Below, piece after piece: positions 20,731-29,610 of a stretch of 64,000 bases of DNA. The DNA is taken from contig OY761158.1 of assembly GCA_963664405.1 (NCBI GenBank), positions 1,184,001 to 1,248,000 on the forward strand. The letters are read 5' to 3'. The first letter of the stretch is position 1. The number at the start of each line of letters is the position of its first letter. The stretch is from Thermoanaerobaculia bacterium. GTDB lineage: Bacteria > Acidobacteriota > Thermoanaerobaculia > Multivoradales > Multivoraceae. Below the pieces are notes generated by a model. The model was not told the origin of the DNA and searched no databases. It worked only from the letters and a program-made list of their open reading frames with translations. The position numbers and the translations under genes were made by a program.

Positions 20731-21366
20731 GTGAGCGAAATCAACATGGCAGATCTAAAACCCGTCGGCGAGTTCGGTTCCAAGGAGTGGTGCAAAGAGT
20801 GTGCAAGATACGGAGTCCAGATCCTCGAGGAAGCCGATCTTCCGCAGGATCTCGAATGGGGATTCAGCGAGATCTACACCCACCCACCGGAAAGATTGCT
20901 GGCGGACGGGCGGGAGATGTCGGCGTACTACATCATGGTCAAAGACGGGAAAGTCACAGGCGGTGACGGCGCTCCGGAGGAGTGCCGTGCGCTCCCCGGC
21001 TTCCACATCAAGATCCAGTGGGCCTCGATCTGCAACCAGTCGAGCTCGAAGTACGGCCGCGAGGGTCAGATGCAGCGCTCGGCGGACGAGAAGGTGATGT
21101 TCCAGGAGATCACGGAGCATGTGGGCCGTCCCAACCCACTGGGTCTGGGCGGCGGACCCAAGGCGGTCTGGCCCAAGGAGGTCGGCATGGCGCTCGGCAA
21201 GGGCTCCGAGGAGGGCGGCGGCCTGCACAACATCGCCGCCAGTCTGCAGATGCCCTCTCCCGAGTTCGCGGATCTACCGAAGACCGAGATGGGCGTACCC
21301 GCCTTCTCGAAAATGACCGACGAGCAGAAGTCGCAGTTCTTGAAGCTACTCGCGGTCGAGATCTAA
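20731..21366 (+). CDS. Hypothetical protein
   Basis: GTG start after GGAGGAG; strong GC3 codon bias; no recognised family. Confidence 0.7.
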   Translation: MSEINMADLKPVGEFGSKEWCKECARYGVQILEEADLPQDLEWGFSEIYTHPPERLLADGREMSAYYIMVKDGKVTGGDGAPEECRALPGFHIKIQWASICNQSSSKYGREGQMQRSADEKVMFQEITEHVGRPNPLGLGGGPKAVWPKEVGMALGKGSEEGGGLHNIAASLQMPSPEFADLPKTEMGVPAFSKMTDEQKSQFLKLLAVEI

Positions 21367-21382
21367 CCGGTCATCGCCGAAG

Positions 21383-22888
21383 TCAAGACGCGGCCGGTTG
21401 GCTCGCTCGGATCTCCGTCTGAATTTCCGCAAGCCTTTCTTCTGTAAGCGGGTAATTCCACAGCAAAGGCATGGCTACGAATTTGAACATTGCGGGGACT
21501 ACCGAGTAGAGACATGCGATACCAAAAAGGGCAGCAGCCGTATTCGTCGTATTGAGGGGGTCGGCGAGTGAATTGAAGCCGATGAGGACCGCCACGTTGG
21601 CGCCGATGAATAACCCGAGCGCGTACGCCAGCTTGCGGGTCATTGTCCAGATGGAGAAGTACGCGCCGCCCCGCTTCTGGCCGGTCTTGACGGTGTCGAG
21701 ATCGATGACATCAGCCGCCATTGCGTAGGGCAGCGCGGACAGTGCCCCGATCGAGGACCCCTTCAGGCACATAACCGCGATAAAGAAGAGGAACTTCCCC
21801 GTCGGAATGCCCTCGAAATATCCCATCGCGCCGGCATAGGCGTCGGCCGGCAGAAAGGCCAGCAATCGCGAGACTTCGAAGGCCGTGAAGTTGTCGGCAT
21901 CCATCCAGGCGATGAGTGGAACGAAGGACGACCACAGCGCGTACCATCCTATGGCCACCATCAATGCCCGGTGTTTGCCGACTCGCCTGGAAAGAGCAAA
22001 CCAGATCGGTATTGCGATGATCTGGGAGATGAAGAAGGGCGCCAGATAGAAGCCATACAGATCACCGGCCAGGAGAACATGCTTGACGAAGAAGAAACTC
22101 ACAGTGTTCGTCATCGCCGAGCCGATGGTAGCGAAGAGAAAGATGATGACGAGTTTTCGATAGGGCTCATTCGCCCAGGCAAGGCGCATAGTTTCCTTGA
22201 GCGGAATTCGTGCCTTGCTTACTTCCTCGACTTCATATTCAGGGACTGAGATCACGCCATTCAGAACGTAGATCGGCGTCGAGATGACGATGAAGATGGT
22301 CAACAGGTAGACCGCGTCCGAAGGTTTGTCATAGCCCCAGAAGAAGATGACCGCCGGGGTCAGTGCACCAATCAGTTGCCCTCCGACGAGGAAGGCCTCC
22401 CGCCAGCTCATGATCAGAGTGCGCTCGTTGTAGCGGGTCGATAGTTCAGCGCCCCATGCGCTGTAGGGGACGTCCTTTATGGTGGCTCCGATGTAAAACA
22501 CGATCAGGGACATCAACAGCCACGGATAGCCGTTGTTGAACCTCATGCCCAAGAATTCCACCTCGCTGAACTCGAAAGGTGGTATCCACAGCAACCAAGC
22601 GCCGAGAATGTAGAGTGGGGTGCCGGCGACGAGGAACGGTTTTCGCCGACCCCACTTGGTCCTTATGCGGTCGGACCAGAACCCGATCAAGGGGTCGGTG
22701 ATGCCATCGAAAATTCGCGAGGCCATTACCAGAAAGCCAACGAAACCCAGAGCCAGGCCGAAGCCTTCGGCGTCGGCGTAGACCGCCGGTAGATAGACGG
22801 CGATGATCAGCCCGTTCATGGCGAGAGGCATCGCCATCGCCCCGTAGGACGCTAGCTGCCATCTCGACAAGCTGGATTTCTGGGACAA
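21383..22888 (-). CDS. MFS transporter, GPH (glycoside-pentoside-hexuronide) family
   Basis: RIFDGITDPLIG..SDR...WGRRKP, PYSAWGAELS..YNER, AMAADVID; about 12 TM helices. Confidence 0.9.
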   Translation of the reverse strand: MSQKSSLSRWQLASYGAMAMPLAMNGLIIAVYLPAVYADAEGFGLALGFVGFLVMASRIFDGITDPLIGFWSDRIRTKWGRRKPFLVAGTPLYILGAWLLWIPPFEFSEVEFLGMRFNNGYPWLLMSLIVFYIGATIKDVPYSAWGAELSTRYNERTLIMSWREAFLVGGQLIGALTPAVIFFWGYDKPSDAVYLLTIFIVISTPIYVLNGVISVPEYEVEEVSKARIPLKETMRLAWANEPYRKLVIIFLFATIGSAMTNTVSFFFVKHVLLAGDLYGFYLAPFFISQIIAIPIWFALSRRVGKHRALMVAIGWYALWSSFVPLIAWMDADNFTAFEVSRLLAFLPADAYAGAMGYFEGIPTGKFLFFIAVMCLKGSSIGALSALPYAMAADVIDLDTVKTGQKRGGAYFSIWTMTRKLAYALGLFIGANVAVLIGFNSLADPLNTTNTAAALFGIACLYSVVPAMFKFVAMPLLWNYPLTEERLAEIQTEIRASQPAAS

Positions 22889-22916
22889 GGCTGCGGTGCG
22901 CCGGCGAGAGCCGGCG

Positions 22917-23885
22917 CTACTTGCTCACTTCCTGATAGAGCCACGGACAGTCGATCAAGGGCGGCGCCTGGACGCCGCGCGCGGCCACATCGAGACGCAT
23001 GTCGCGCATCTGTTCGCGCTCATCCTCCGGTGATTTCAAGCGCTCGTGACCCCACAGGCTTGGGCCGTCCAAGATCTCGACCGGCTTCCAGGTCTCAGGG
23101 TCGATCATCCGTCCGCCCCAGCCGTTCTCGACGAAGAATCCCGAAGGTGTCTTGGCGTAGAAGGAGGTCATGTAGTCATTGGTGTGGCGGCCCAGTGTAA
23201 AGGCTACGCGGTCCTCTTCCACCTGTGCGAGGTCGTAGCCCTGGCCGACGTCGTCCAGGGACTGATACTCGACCATGAAGTGATGAAAGCCGGACCGACC
23301 GGAACCGATCACTGCGAAACTGTGGTGGCGCCCGTTGACATGGAAAAAATGGAGCGGGTAGGGCGCGGTGATGAAGTCAGTGAGCTCGAAATCCAAGAGG
23401 TCCCGATAAAAAGCCAACAGCGGTTCGGGATCCTCTACATGCAGGACCGCGTGCCCCATACCGAGTGGCCCGGTCTTGAAGCCTGAGATCGGACGACCCG
23501 GTTGAAAAGTCTCGCTGGCGCACATCGGGTTCCAGAACAGCTCCAATCGGTTGCCGGCCGGATCCTTGCAGACCAGGAGCTCCTCGACGAAACGCCGATC
23601 GGCAAGCTCTTTGGCCCCCCACTCGACCGCAACGCCGGCGCCGTCGAGTCGGGTCGCGTAAGCCTCCAGATCGTTCTTCTCCGCAACTTCCCAGCCCATG
23701 AACGCCAAGGTCTCACCGGGCTCGTTCGAGACCACCAAGCGCTGTTTACGATCGTCCATGCGGAACGCAAGCGTTTGCCCGCCACGGTCGACCTCCTGCA
23801 TGCCGAGCAGCTTGCCGGCAAAACCGCTCCAGTCTTCAAATCTGTCAGAGCGAATGCCGAGATAGCCGAGCGCGGTGATAGACAT
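22917..23885 (-). CDS. Type I (VOC) extradiol ring-cleavage dioxygenase, BphC/HsaC-like
   Basis: ITALGYLG, DPAGNRLE, GMGHAV, RHHSFA, HHFMVE, LGRHTND, SFY.KTPSGF..E. Confidence 0.9.
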   Translation of the reverse strand: MSITALGYLGIRSDRFEDWSGFAGKLLGMQEVDRGGQTLAFRMDDRKQRLVVSNEPGETLAFMGWEVAEKNDLEAYATRLDGAGVAVEWGAKELADRRFVEELLVCKDPAGNRLELFWNPMCASETFQPGRPISGFKTGPLGMGHAVLHVEDPEPLLAFYRDLLDFELTDFITAPYPLHFFHVNGRHHSFAVIGSGRSGFHHFMVEYQSLDDVGQGYDLAQVEEDRVAFTLGRHTNDYMTSFYAKTPSGFFVENGWGGRMIDPETWKPVEILDGPSLWGHERLKSPEDEREQMRDMRLDVAARGVQAPPLIDCPWLYQEVSK

Positions 23886-23924
23886 GTCCGGCATCCTATC
23901 GTTACTCATAGGCAGCGCGATCAC

Positions 23925-24125
23925 ATGACATCGACGGCGAGCCCCAAGAAGAGCGCTGACCTCCTTTCGGAGATCATCGATCACGGACCGATCAGCGCCC
24001 AACAGCTCCGTGTGATCGGGCTGTGCATGTTCTTCAACATGCTCGACGGTTTCGACATAACGGCGATGGCCGTCGTTGCGGGAGCGGTGTCGAGTGAGCT
24101 CCATCTCACCGCCGACAGACTGGGG
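23925..24125 (+). pseudogene. 5' stub of an aromatic acid:H+ symporter (BenK/PcaK-like MFS)
   Basis: IIDHGPISAQQLRVIGLCMFFNMLDGFDITAMA is a typical AAHS TM1; similarity stops after about 67 codons. Confidence 0.75.
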
Positions 24126-24152
24126 CGGCTCGATTCGGGGTACGATTCGCCA

Positions 24153-24374
24153 ATGAAGCTCACAGTCGATACTCGAGGCCGCCAGCTCGGCGAGCACCGA
24201 TTCGAAGACGCCGATGGCTACGTGATGCCGCCGGCCCCCAACACCAGCTCGCGTCGCATCCCCCTCGGCGACTTCCCGACCGGCCCCGACGTCGGCACGC
24301 GCCTGCCCGAGGTGGTCGCCGTGCAAGCGCTACGTCAACGTCCGCGGCAAGGTCCGCTGGCAAGCCTGCGATGA
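24153..24374 (+). pseudogene. 5' stub of a peroxiredoxin/AhpC-like protein
   Basis: TACGAT-6 nt-ATG start; FPTGPDVGTRLPEVVA resembles redoxin N-termini; no catalytic motif follows. Confidence 0.45.
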
Positions 24375-24565
24375 CGTGCAATGCGGTCTCCCGGAATCGA
24401 CCAGCTTCGATTTCCGGATCGAGGCCGTCTTCGCGCTCCTCGGTGACATGGGGCCATACGTGGGCCGAGTCCCGGCGATGAACGGCGCCGCTCACTTCCA
24501 GAAGATGTAGGATCGGCGAAACTCCAAGTCGTAATCCCCTTTCTCCGCTCTTCTGGAGGCCGACC

Positions 24566-27181
24566 ATGCCCAAAGCGCGACACCTTGCAGTCTTCGCCCT
24601 TTGCACTGGCGCTCTGCTTACAGCAGTGTTCCAGACAACGCGAGCACAGCCTACTGGGCAAGACGGTGCCATGTCGGCCGAGCTGCGAAGCCAGGTCGAG
24701 TTCCTCAAAGAAGACCTTCAACGGAGCCCCACCGACGGCTCGAACCTGGCCGAGCGAACGCCTGTGGTGTGGGATTGGATCAACGCCTACGCCCTCGCCG
24801 GCGGAGCGGTGCCCACCAGCGCGACTGGAATCCTTCAGTCCGCCTTCCGCGAGCTGGTCGAGGCTGAGCGCGAAGGGCGTGAGCCTCGAGTGGCTCTCGA
24901 TCAACGCCCCGACGGACGCGCAATCTACGCCGACGCCCGCATCGATCAGGTGATCGAAGAGCTTCGTCTCAAAGACGAGGAGCCCGGCGCTCTGGGCACT
25001 TTCTCTCTCAGCTCCAGCGGACCCTTCACCGCCGACTCGTGGATCACGATCGAACAGACTTACACCGTCGGAGACCTGCCTATGAAGCAGGGGGCGAGAG
25101 TGGTTGTCGGGCGCAACGGTCAGTGGGATCGCGGCGGCCTGCAGAATGAGGGTCCGGGTGACGGCTACGTCACCATCAAGTCCTCGAGCCCCAGCGCTCG
25201 ATTCGCGAAGATCGACCTTGTCCTGGGCACCGGACGTTACCGGGCTGTGCGGCCGACTTTCCGCCTCGAGCAAGGGACTCTCGGCAAGGGGGAGTCCTTC
25301 ACTCTTGTTTACGGCGACAAGAGCGGCGGCGGACGCGGCTGGCGGCTGTTCACCTATGAGAACGACCTGACGCTCTTGCCCGTCAATATCGATCACTCGG
25401 GCGAAGGGAGATTCCCGACCCACCAATGGCCCGCCTTCAAGGTCGTGGGCGCGGGCGTCGCCAGGGCGAAGGGCTTCGCCCCCTCGATCGTCGAGCCGGG
25501 AGAGACCTTCGAGCTTGCCGTGCGCAGCGAAGACGTGAACTTCAACCGAGCGACAGGTGAGATTCCCGCCTATGAAGTCACGCTCAACGGCCGCTCCTTC
25601 CGAGATCTGCCAGCTGGGGGTCCTGCGCTCAACATGGTCGGCGACCTTCGCCTCGACGAGGAAGGGGTCTATCGCTTCGACATCGAATCAGCCGACGGCA
25701 GGATCACCGGAAGCAGCAACCCGGTCTGGGTCCGCCGCGATCCTCCCCACCGCATCTACTGGGGCGAGACCCACTCCCACGCAGGGATGGCGGAAGGTCA
25801 GGGCTCGATCGACGGCGCCTACCGCCATGCCCGCGACGATGCCCAGTTGGACTTCTACGGAATGTCCGAGCACGACACCGCGATGGACGACTTCGAATGG
25901 AAGAACATCCGCGAGGGCGTCCAGCGTTACAACGATCCGGGCGAGTTCGTCGCCTTCCTGGGCTACGAGTGGACGGTCCAGCGCCGCTACGGCGGCCACC
26001 ACAACGTCTTCTACCGCGAGCCCTTCCCCACTCGCGTCAGCGCTCAGGCGGCGCCCAATCTGGCTCTGCTCTATCAAGGTCTGCGCGAGCTCTACGACAC
26101 TAACGATGTCGTCATCATTCCCCACGCCCACCAACCGGGCGACTGGCGCAACAGCGACACCGACATGGAGACCCTGGTCGAGATCATGTCGATGCACGGC
26201 ACCTTCGAATGGTTCGGAAACTATTACCTGCGTCGAGGGCACCAAGTCGGGTTTATCGCGGCCTCAGACGACCACCGAACCCACCCCGGCTACACCGGCA
26301 CCCGCCCCCGAGGGATGACACAGTTCGGCGGACTCGCCGCAGTACTGGCGGGGGAGAAGACCAACGACGCGATCTTCGACGCGCTCAAGCAGCGCCGGGC
26401 ATACGCTGCGACGTCGGCCGACCGGATCATCGTCGACTTCGAGCTCAATGGCGAGCCGATGGGGCAGCGGATCGAGTACAGCGAGAATCGTCGCCTCCGC
26501 GCCAGGGTGATGGGAACGGCGCCGATCCTCGAGGTCGCCGTGGTCAAGAACGGCGACGTGGTCTATCGCAAACGACCGCTGCGCACCGACCTGAGCCAGA
26601 CCGTGACGGCGCAAATCGAGCTCCACTCCTCCACCGAGCCCTTCATTCGCGAGAGCCCACGTGGTTACCGGCGCTGGAGTGGCTCGATCGAGGTTCACGG
26701 GGCAAAGCTGGTGGGCCATCAGGTCCCCCATGCCGAGAATCCCCATCTCGAGAGCTGGAAGCGGGAAGGCGATCGGATCGTCTTCGCGACGATCACACGC
26801 GGTCGAGCGGACTCGGTTCTGCTCGAGATCGAAGGCGCGAGCCCCTCGACAGAGGTCGTGATCGATCTGGACGAGGGGAGCGAGGCCGGCAAGGCCCCGA
26901 TCCACATTCGCCCCTACGCAACCCACCCGGCGCGAAGGCTCCGACTGGCCTTCTCCGATCTGCGCGACGGGGTTCTGGAGACCGACCTACCGGCCGACCC
27001 GGATTCCGATCGAGTCACGCTCCAGCTGATCAGTCATGACCAGCCCTTGGACACCGATCTTGATTTCGACGACCAGGACGCGCCCGGCCACGGCGACTAC
27101 TACTACGTCCGCGTGAAACAGATCAACGGGGCGATGGCCTGGTCGTCGCCCATTTGGGTAGGGGGCGAGGAGCCCCGTTAG
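24566..27181 (+). CDS. Secreted DUF3604/CehA-McbA-like PHP-fold metallohydrolase (paralog 1)
   Basis: Signal peptide; YWGETHSH, SEHD, GYEWT, GHHNV, PHAH, ASDDH; C-terminal YYYVRV...AWSSP. Confidence 0.8.
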   Translation: MPKARHLAVFALCTGALLTAVFQTTRAQPTGQDGAMSAELRSQVEFLKEDLQRSPTDGSNLAERTPVVWDWINAYALAGGAVPTSATGILQSAFRELVEAEREGREPRVALDQRPDGRAIYADARIDQVIEELRLKDEEPGALGTFSLSSSGPFTADSWITIEQTYTVGDLPMKQGARVVVGRNGQWDRGGLQNEGPGDGYVTIKSSSPSARFAKIDLVLGTGRYRAVRPTFRLEQGTLGKGESFTLVYGDKSGGGRGWRLFTYENDLTLLPVNIDHSGEGRFPTHQWPAFKVVGAGVARAKGFAPSIVEPGETFELAVRSEDVNFNRATGEIPAYEVTLNGRSFRDLPAGGPALNMVGDLRLDEEGVYRFDIESADGRITGSSNPVWVRRDPPHRIYWGETHSHAGMAEGQGSIDGAYRHARDDAQLDFYGMSEHDTAMDDFEWKNIREGVQRYNDPGEFVAFLGYEWTVQRRYGGHHNVFYREPFPTRVSAQAAPNLALLYQGLRELYDTNDVVIIPHAHQPGDWRNSDTDMETLVEIMSMHGTFEWFGNYYLRRGHQVGFIAASDDHRTHPGYTGTRPRGMTQFGGLAAVLAGEKTNDAIFDALKQRRAYAATSADRIIVDFELNGEPMGQRIEYSENRRLRARVMGTAPILEVAVVKNGDVVYRKRPLRTDLSQTVTAQIELHSSTEPFIRESPRGYRRWSGSIEVHGAKLVGHQVPHAENPHLESWKREGDRIVFATITRGRADSVLLEIEGASPSTEVVIDLDEGSEAGKAPIHIRPYATHPARRLRLAFSDLRDGVLETDLPADPDSDRVTLQLISHDQPLDTDLDFDDQDAPGHGDYYYVRVKQINGAMAWSSPIWVGGEEPR

Positions 27182-27194
27182 AGGCCGCGCGAAT

Positions 27195-29366
27195 TCAGGG
27201 ACGCCGGAAGGGCTCCGGGTGGAGAAAGCGATCGACGGCGTTGCGCGTAATGCGCGCGACATCGTTCTTGCCTCCGTCGGTCGCCAGAGCGGCGCCCCAG
27301 TTGATCGAGCCGGTCGAGAAGACGGCGCCGCCATTGGGGCACTCGAAGAAGACGACGTCGTTGCGCACCTGGGGGTCGGCGGCAGTCGCGATCTCGGTCT
27401 CGTGGAACTCCTCCTTGGTCTTGAGCATCTCGGCGGGTTGGTCCGTGGCCGTAGCAACGACGAGGGCGTGAGGCGGAGATCCGAGACGGATGTCGAAGCG
27501 GTCGATCTCTTCGCCCGACGGACTGTCGAGACGACGGTGATCGCCGAATCGTCGCTCGTTGACCCCGTCGAACAGGAACGCTGCTCTGGGATCGTCGCTG
27601 GCTTCGGTGCGCTCGAAGCCGACCGTGTGGCCGAAGCCCTGGGCGGCGAAACCGACCCCACAGAGCAGGTTCGGCGGACGCCCGATGCGACGCCACAGTC
27701 CGCCGTACTCGCCACCCCACTGGTGGTAGGACTCGCCGGGCTCCGCCAACCAGGCTCTCGTACCGTCTTCGGCCCGCCGCACCTCCATCACACCCTCATG
27801 GTCGCGATCGAAGGCGACGCGCCAGTAAAAGCCGTTACCGCCCATGTAGAGAAGGCGGCCGCCCTCCTCCAGCCGACTCTCGAGAGCGTCGAGCATTCGC
27901 GTCGACCAGTACTCGGGGTGGGTACCGGTCATGACGGCGCGATAGCGACTCAGGAGCTCGCTTCCCTCCTCATCGAGATCCTCGTCGGTGGCGATGTCGT
28001 AGGCGATGCCCTCGCGCTCGAGCCACGCGGTGAGTCGGGTATCGGCCGCGAACCCCCAAGGAACGTTCTTCGATTTGAGATTCATGACGGGCCGTCGTCG
28101 CGACGAGAAGACGACACCGGAGCCGTCACGGTGGTAGTCGTAGTGCGAGAGGCCGAATTCGGGATGAGAGAGCAGCGTTGCATCGTTGGGTAGCGGCTCT
28201 GCGGGAGGCTCGCCAGTCAGATGGCTGGGCCTGAGGTGAATGGTGTGGTTGGCGTAGGCGAGATAGGTGGCGGTGGGAACCAGAAACAGGAGGTTCGCGG
28301 TTATCTCTCCGCGCGGTGGACGAACGAAGAACTGGATGTGGTCTTCGTGCCGGCCCCGGCGCAGGCGCACAGCGTAGATACCGCTTTCGAGGTGGTCCGG
28401 AATCGTGAGCTCGAAATCGGAATCCCACTCGGCGTCGGCGAGATCGTCGTCGTGGAAATGGACCGCCCCGTACTGTTCCGGAGCCTGCTTCCAGTCGTGA
28501 ATCTCGCCAGTCCACCGCCGCCCGGGCACGGCCCGGGTCGGCAGGTTGTGGAGGACTCCATGGCGCCCGTGTGGGGAGAGGTCTTCGAAGCCGTCGGTCG
28601 CGATGCCGCGCGAGAAGTCCCACCATCCGACGACCCGCGAATCGTCGGGGCTGAGGGCGTCGAGCCCGTCCGAGTCGAGGACTCCCCGGATGAGTCGGGG
28701 CGCCTCCAGCCGGCCGTTGAAGGTGCGGTCGGCAAAGCGCAGGCCAGGCGACGGAAGAACGCCATTCGCTGGGTCGAGAGGAACGATGGGCAGAAGAGGT
28801 ACCACGACCTCGATCCGCCGCAGCGACAGTCGGTCACCCGGAGAGCGGGCCTGAGGCTCCTGGATCAGCGTGACCGTGCTCGCTTCGAGATCTCGCGACA
28901 CCGCAACGCGGGTCCAACGCCGCTCCGGCAATGCGACGCCGGTGTCGACCGGTGAGCCGTCGAGGTCGATCGAGAGCGAGCCCTCCTCGGAAAGCCCGAT
29001 CGTGAGCTCGTCGGTACTAACCAGGGTCTGGCGCCTGCCGGCGCCGGGTGTCGTCGGGAAAACCCACGCCTCGAAGGTGAAACTCTCGGGGATCGAGACA
29101 CCGCCGACCTCCGCCCAGGAGCCGATCTCGATCGACTGCTCACGCCCGTCGTAGCTACCGTTGATCGGCGAGTCGAGCTCGATCTCCTCGAAGCCGCCAC
29201 CCATCGGATAAACATCGCCGCAGACCGTCCGAACCAACTGGGCATCGTAGGAGCCCGCTTCGTAGCAGCTGACCATGAATCGAACTCGACTGCCGGGACG
29301 AGCCGACAGCGGCTCGCAGTAGCCGACCACAGACTTGGCGTTTCGTAGGTCGAGGTCGGAGGACAT
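27195..29366 (-). CDS. N,N-dimethylformamidase large (beta) subunit-like protein with LamG-like insert
   Basis: YGAVHFHDDDL, SGIYA, TYLAYAN, HPEYWS, YMGGNGFYW, GAVFSTGSI. Confidence 0.88.
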   Translation of the reverse strand: MSSDLDLRNAKSVVGYCEPLSARPGSRVRFMVSCYEAGSYDAQLVRTVCGDVYPMGGGFEEIELDSPINGSYDGREQSIEIGSWAEVGGVSIPESFTFEAWVFPTTPGAGRRQTLVSTDELTIGLSEEGSLSIDLDGSPVDTGVALPERRWTRVAVSRDLEASTVTLIQEPQARSPGDRLSLRRIEVVVPLLPIVPLDPANGVLPSPGLRFADRTFNGRLEAPRLIRGVLDSDGLDALSPDDSRVVGWWDFSRGIATDGFEDLSPHGRHGVLHNLPTRAVPGRRWTGEIHDWKQAPEQYGAVHFHDDDLADAEWDSDFELTIPDHLESGIYAVRLRRGRHEDHIQFFVRPPRGEITANLLFLVPTATYLAYANHTIHLRPSHLTGEPPAEPLPNDATLLSHPEFGLSHYDYHRDGSGVVFSSRRRPVMNLKSKNVPWGFAADTRLTAWLEREGIAYDIATDEDLDEEGSELLSRYRAVMTGTHPEYWSTRMLDALESRLEEGGRLLYMGGNGFYWRVAFDRDHEGVMEVRRAEDGTRAWLAEPGESYHQWGGEYGGLWRRIGRPPNLLCGVGFAAQGFGHTVGFERTEASDDPRAAFLFDGVNERRFGDHRRLDSPSGEEIDRFDIRLGSPPHALVVATATDQPAEMLKTKEEFHETEIATAADPQVRNDVVFFECPNGGAVFSTGSINWGAALATDGGKNDVARITRNAVDRFLHPEPFRRP

Positions 29367-29610
29367 TTGTCTTGGACCTACCTCCAGACCGAGAGGACCC
29401 GATCTACAGGTCGAAGGGTGCCTGGAAGAACCACTTGTCTCGGTTCTCGCCTGCCTCCAGCCCCGCCGTCATCGCTTTGAGCTCTCGATCTCCCATGACT
29501 CCACTCTACTCCTCTGCAGCCACGTCTGGCCAAAGTACGTTGGCGCGACTGATACGCTCGTTTCCCGTCCCGAGGCAACATGGTGGCGCCCACGACCCTG
29601 GAGTATCGAC

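Noticed and set aside
23502-24374. 290-aa ORF as a real fusion protein
   Set aside because: First half is antisense to the dioxygenase and the remainder is two unrelated stubs in frame
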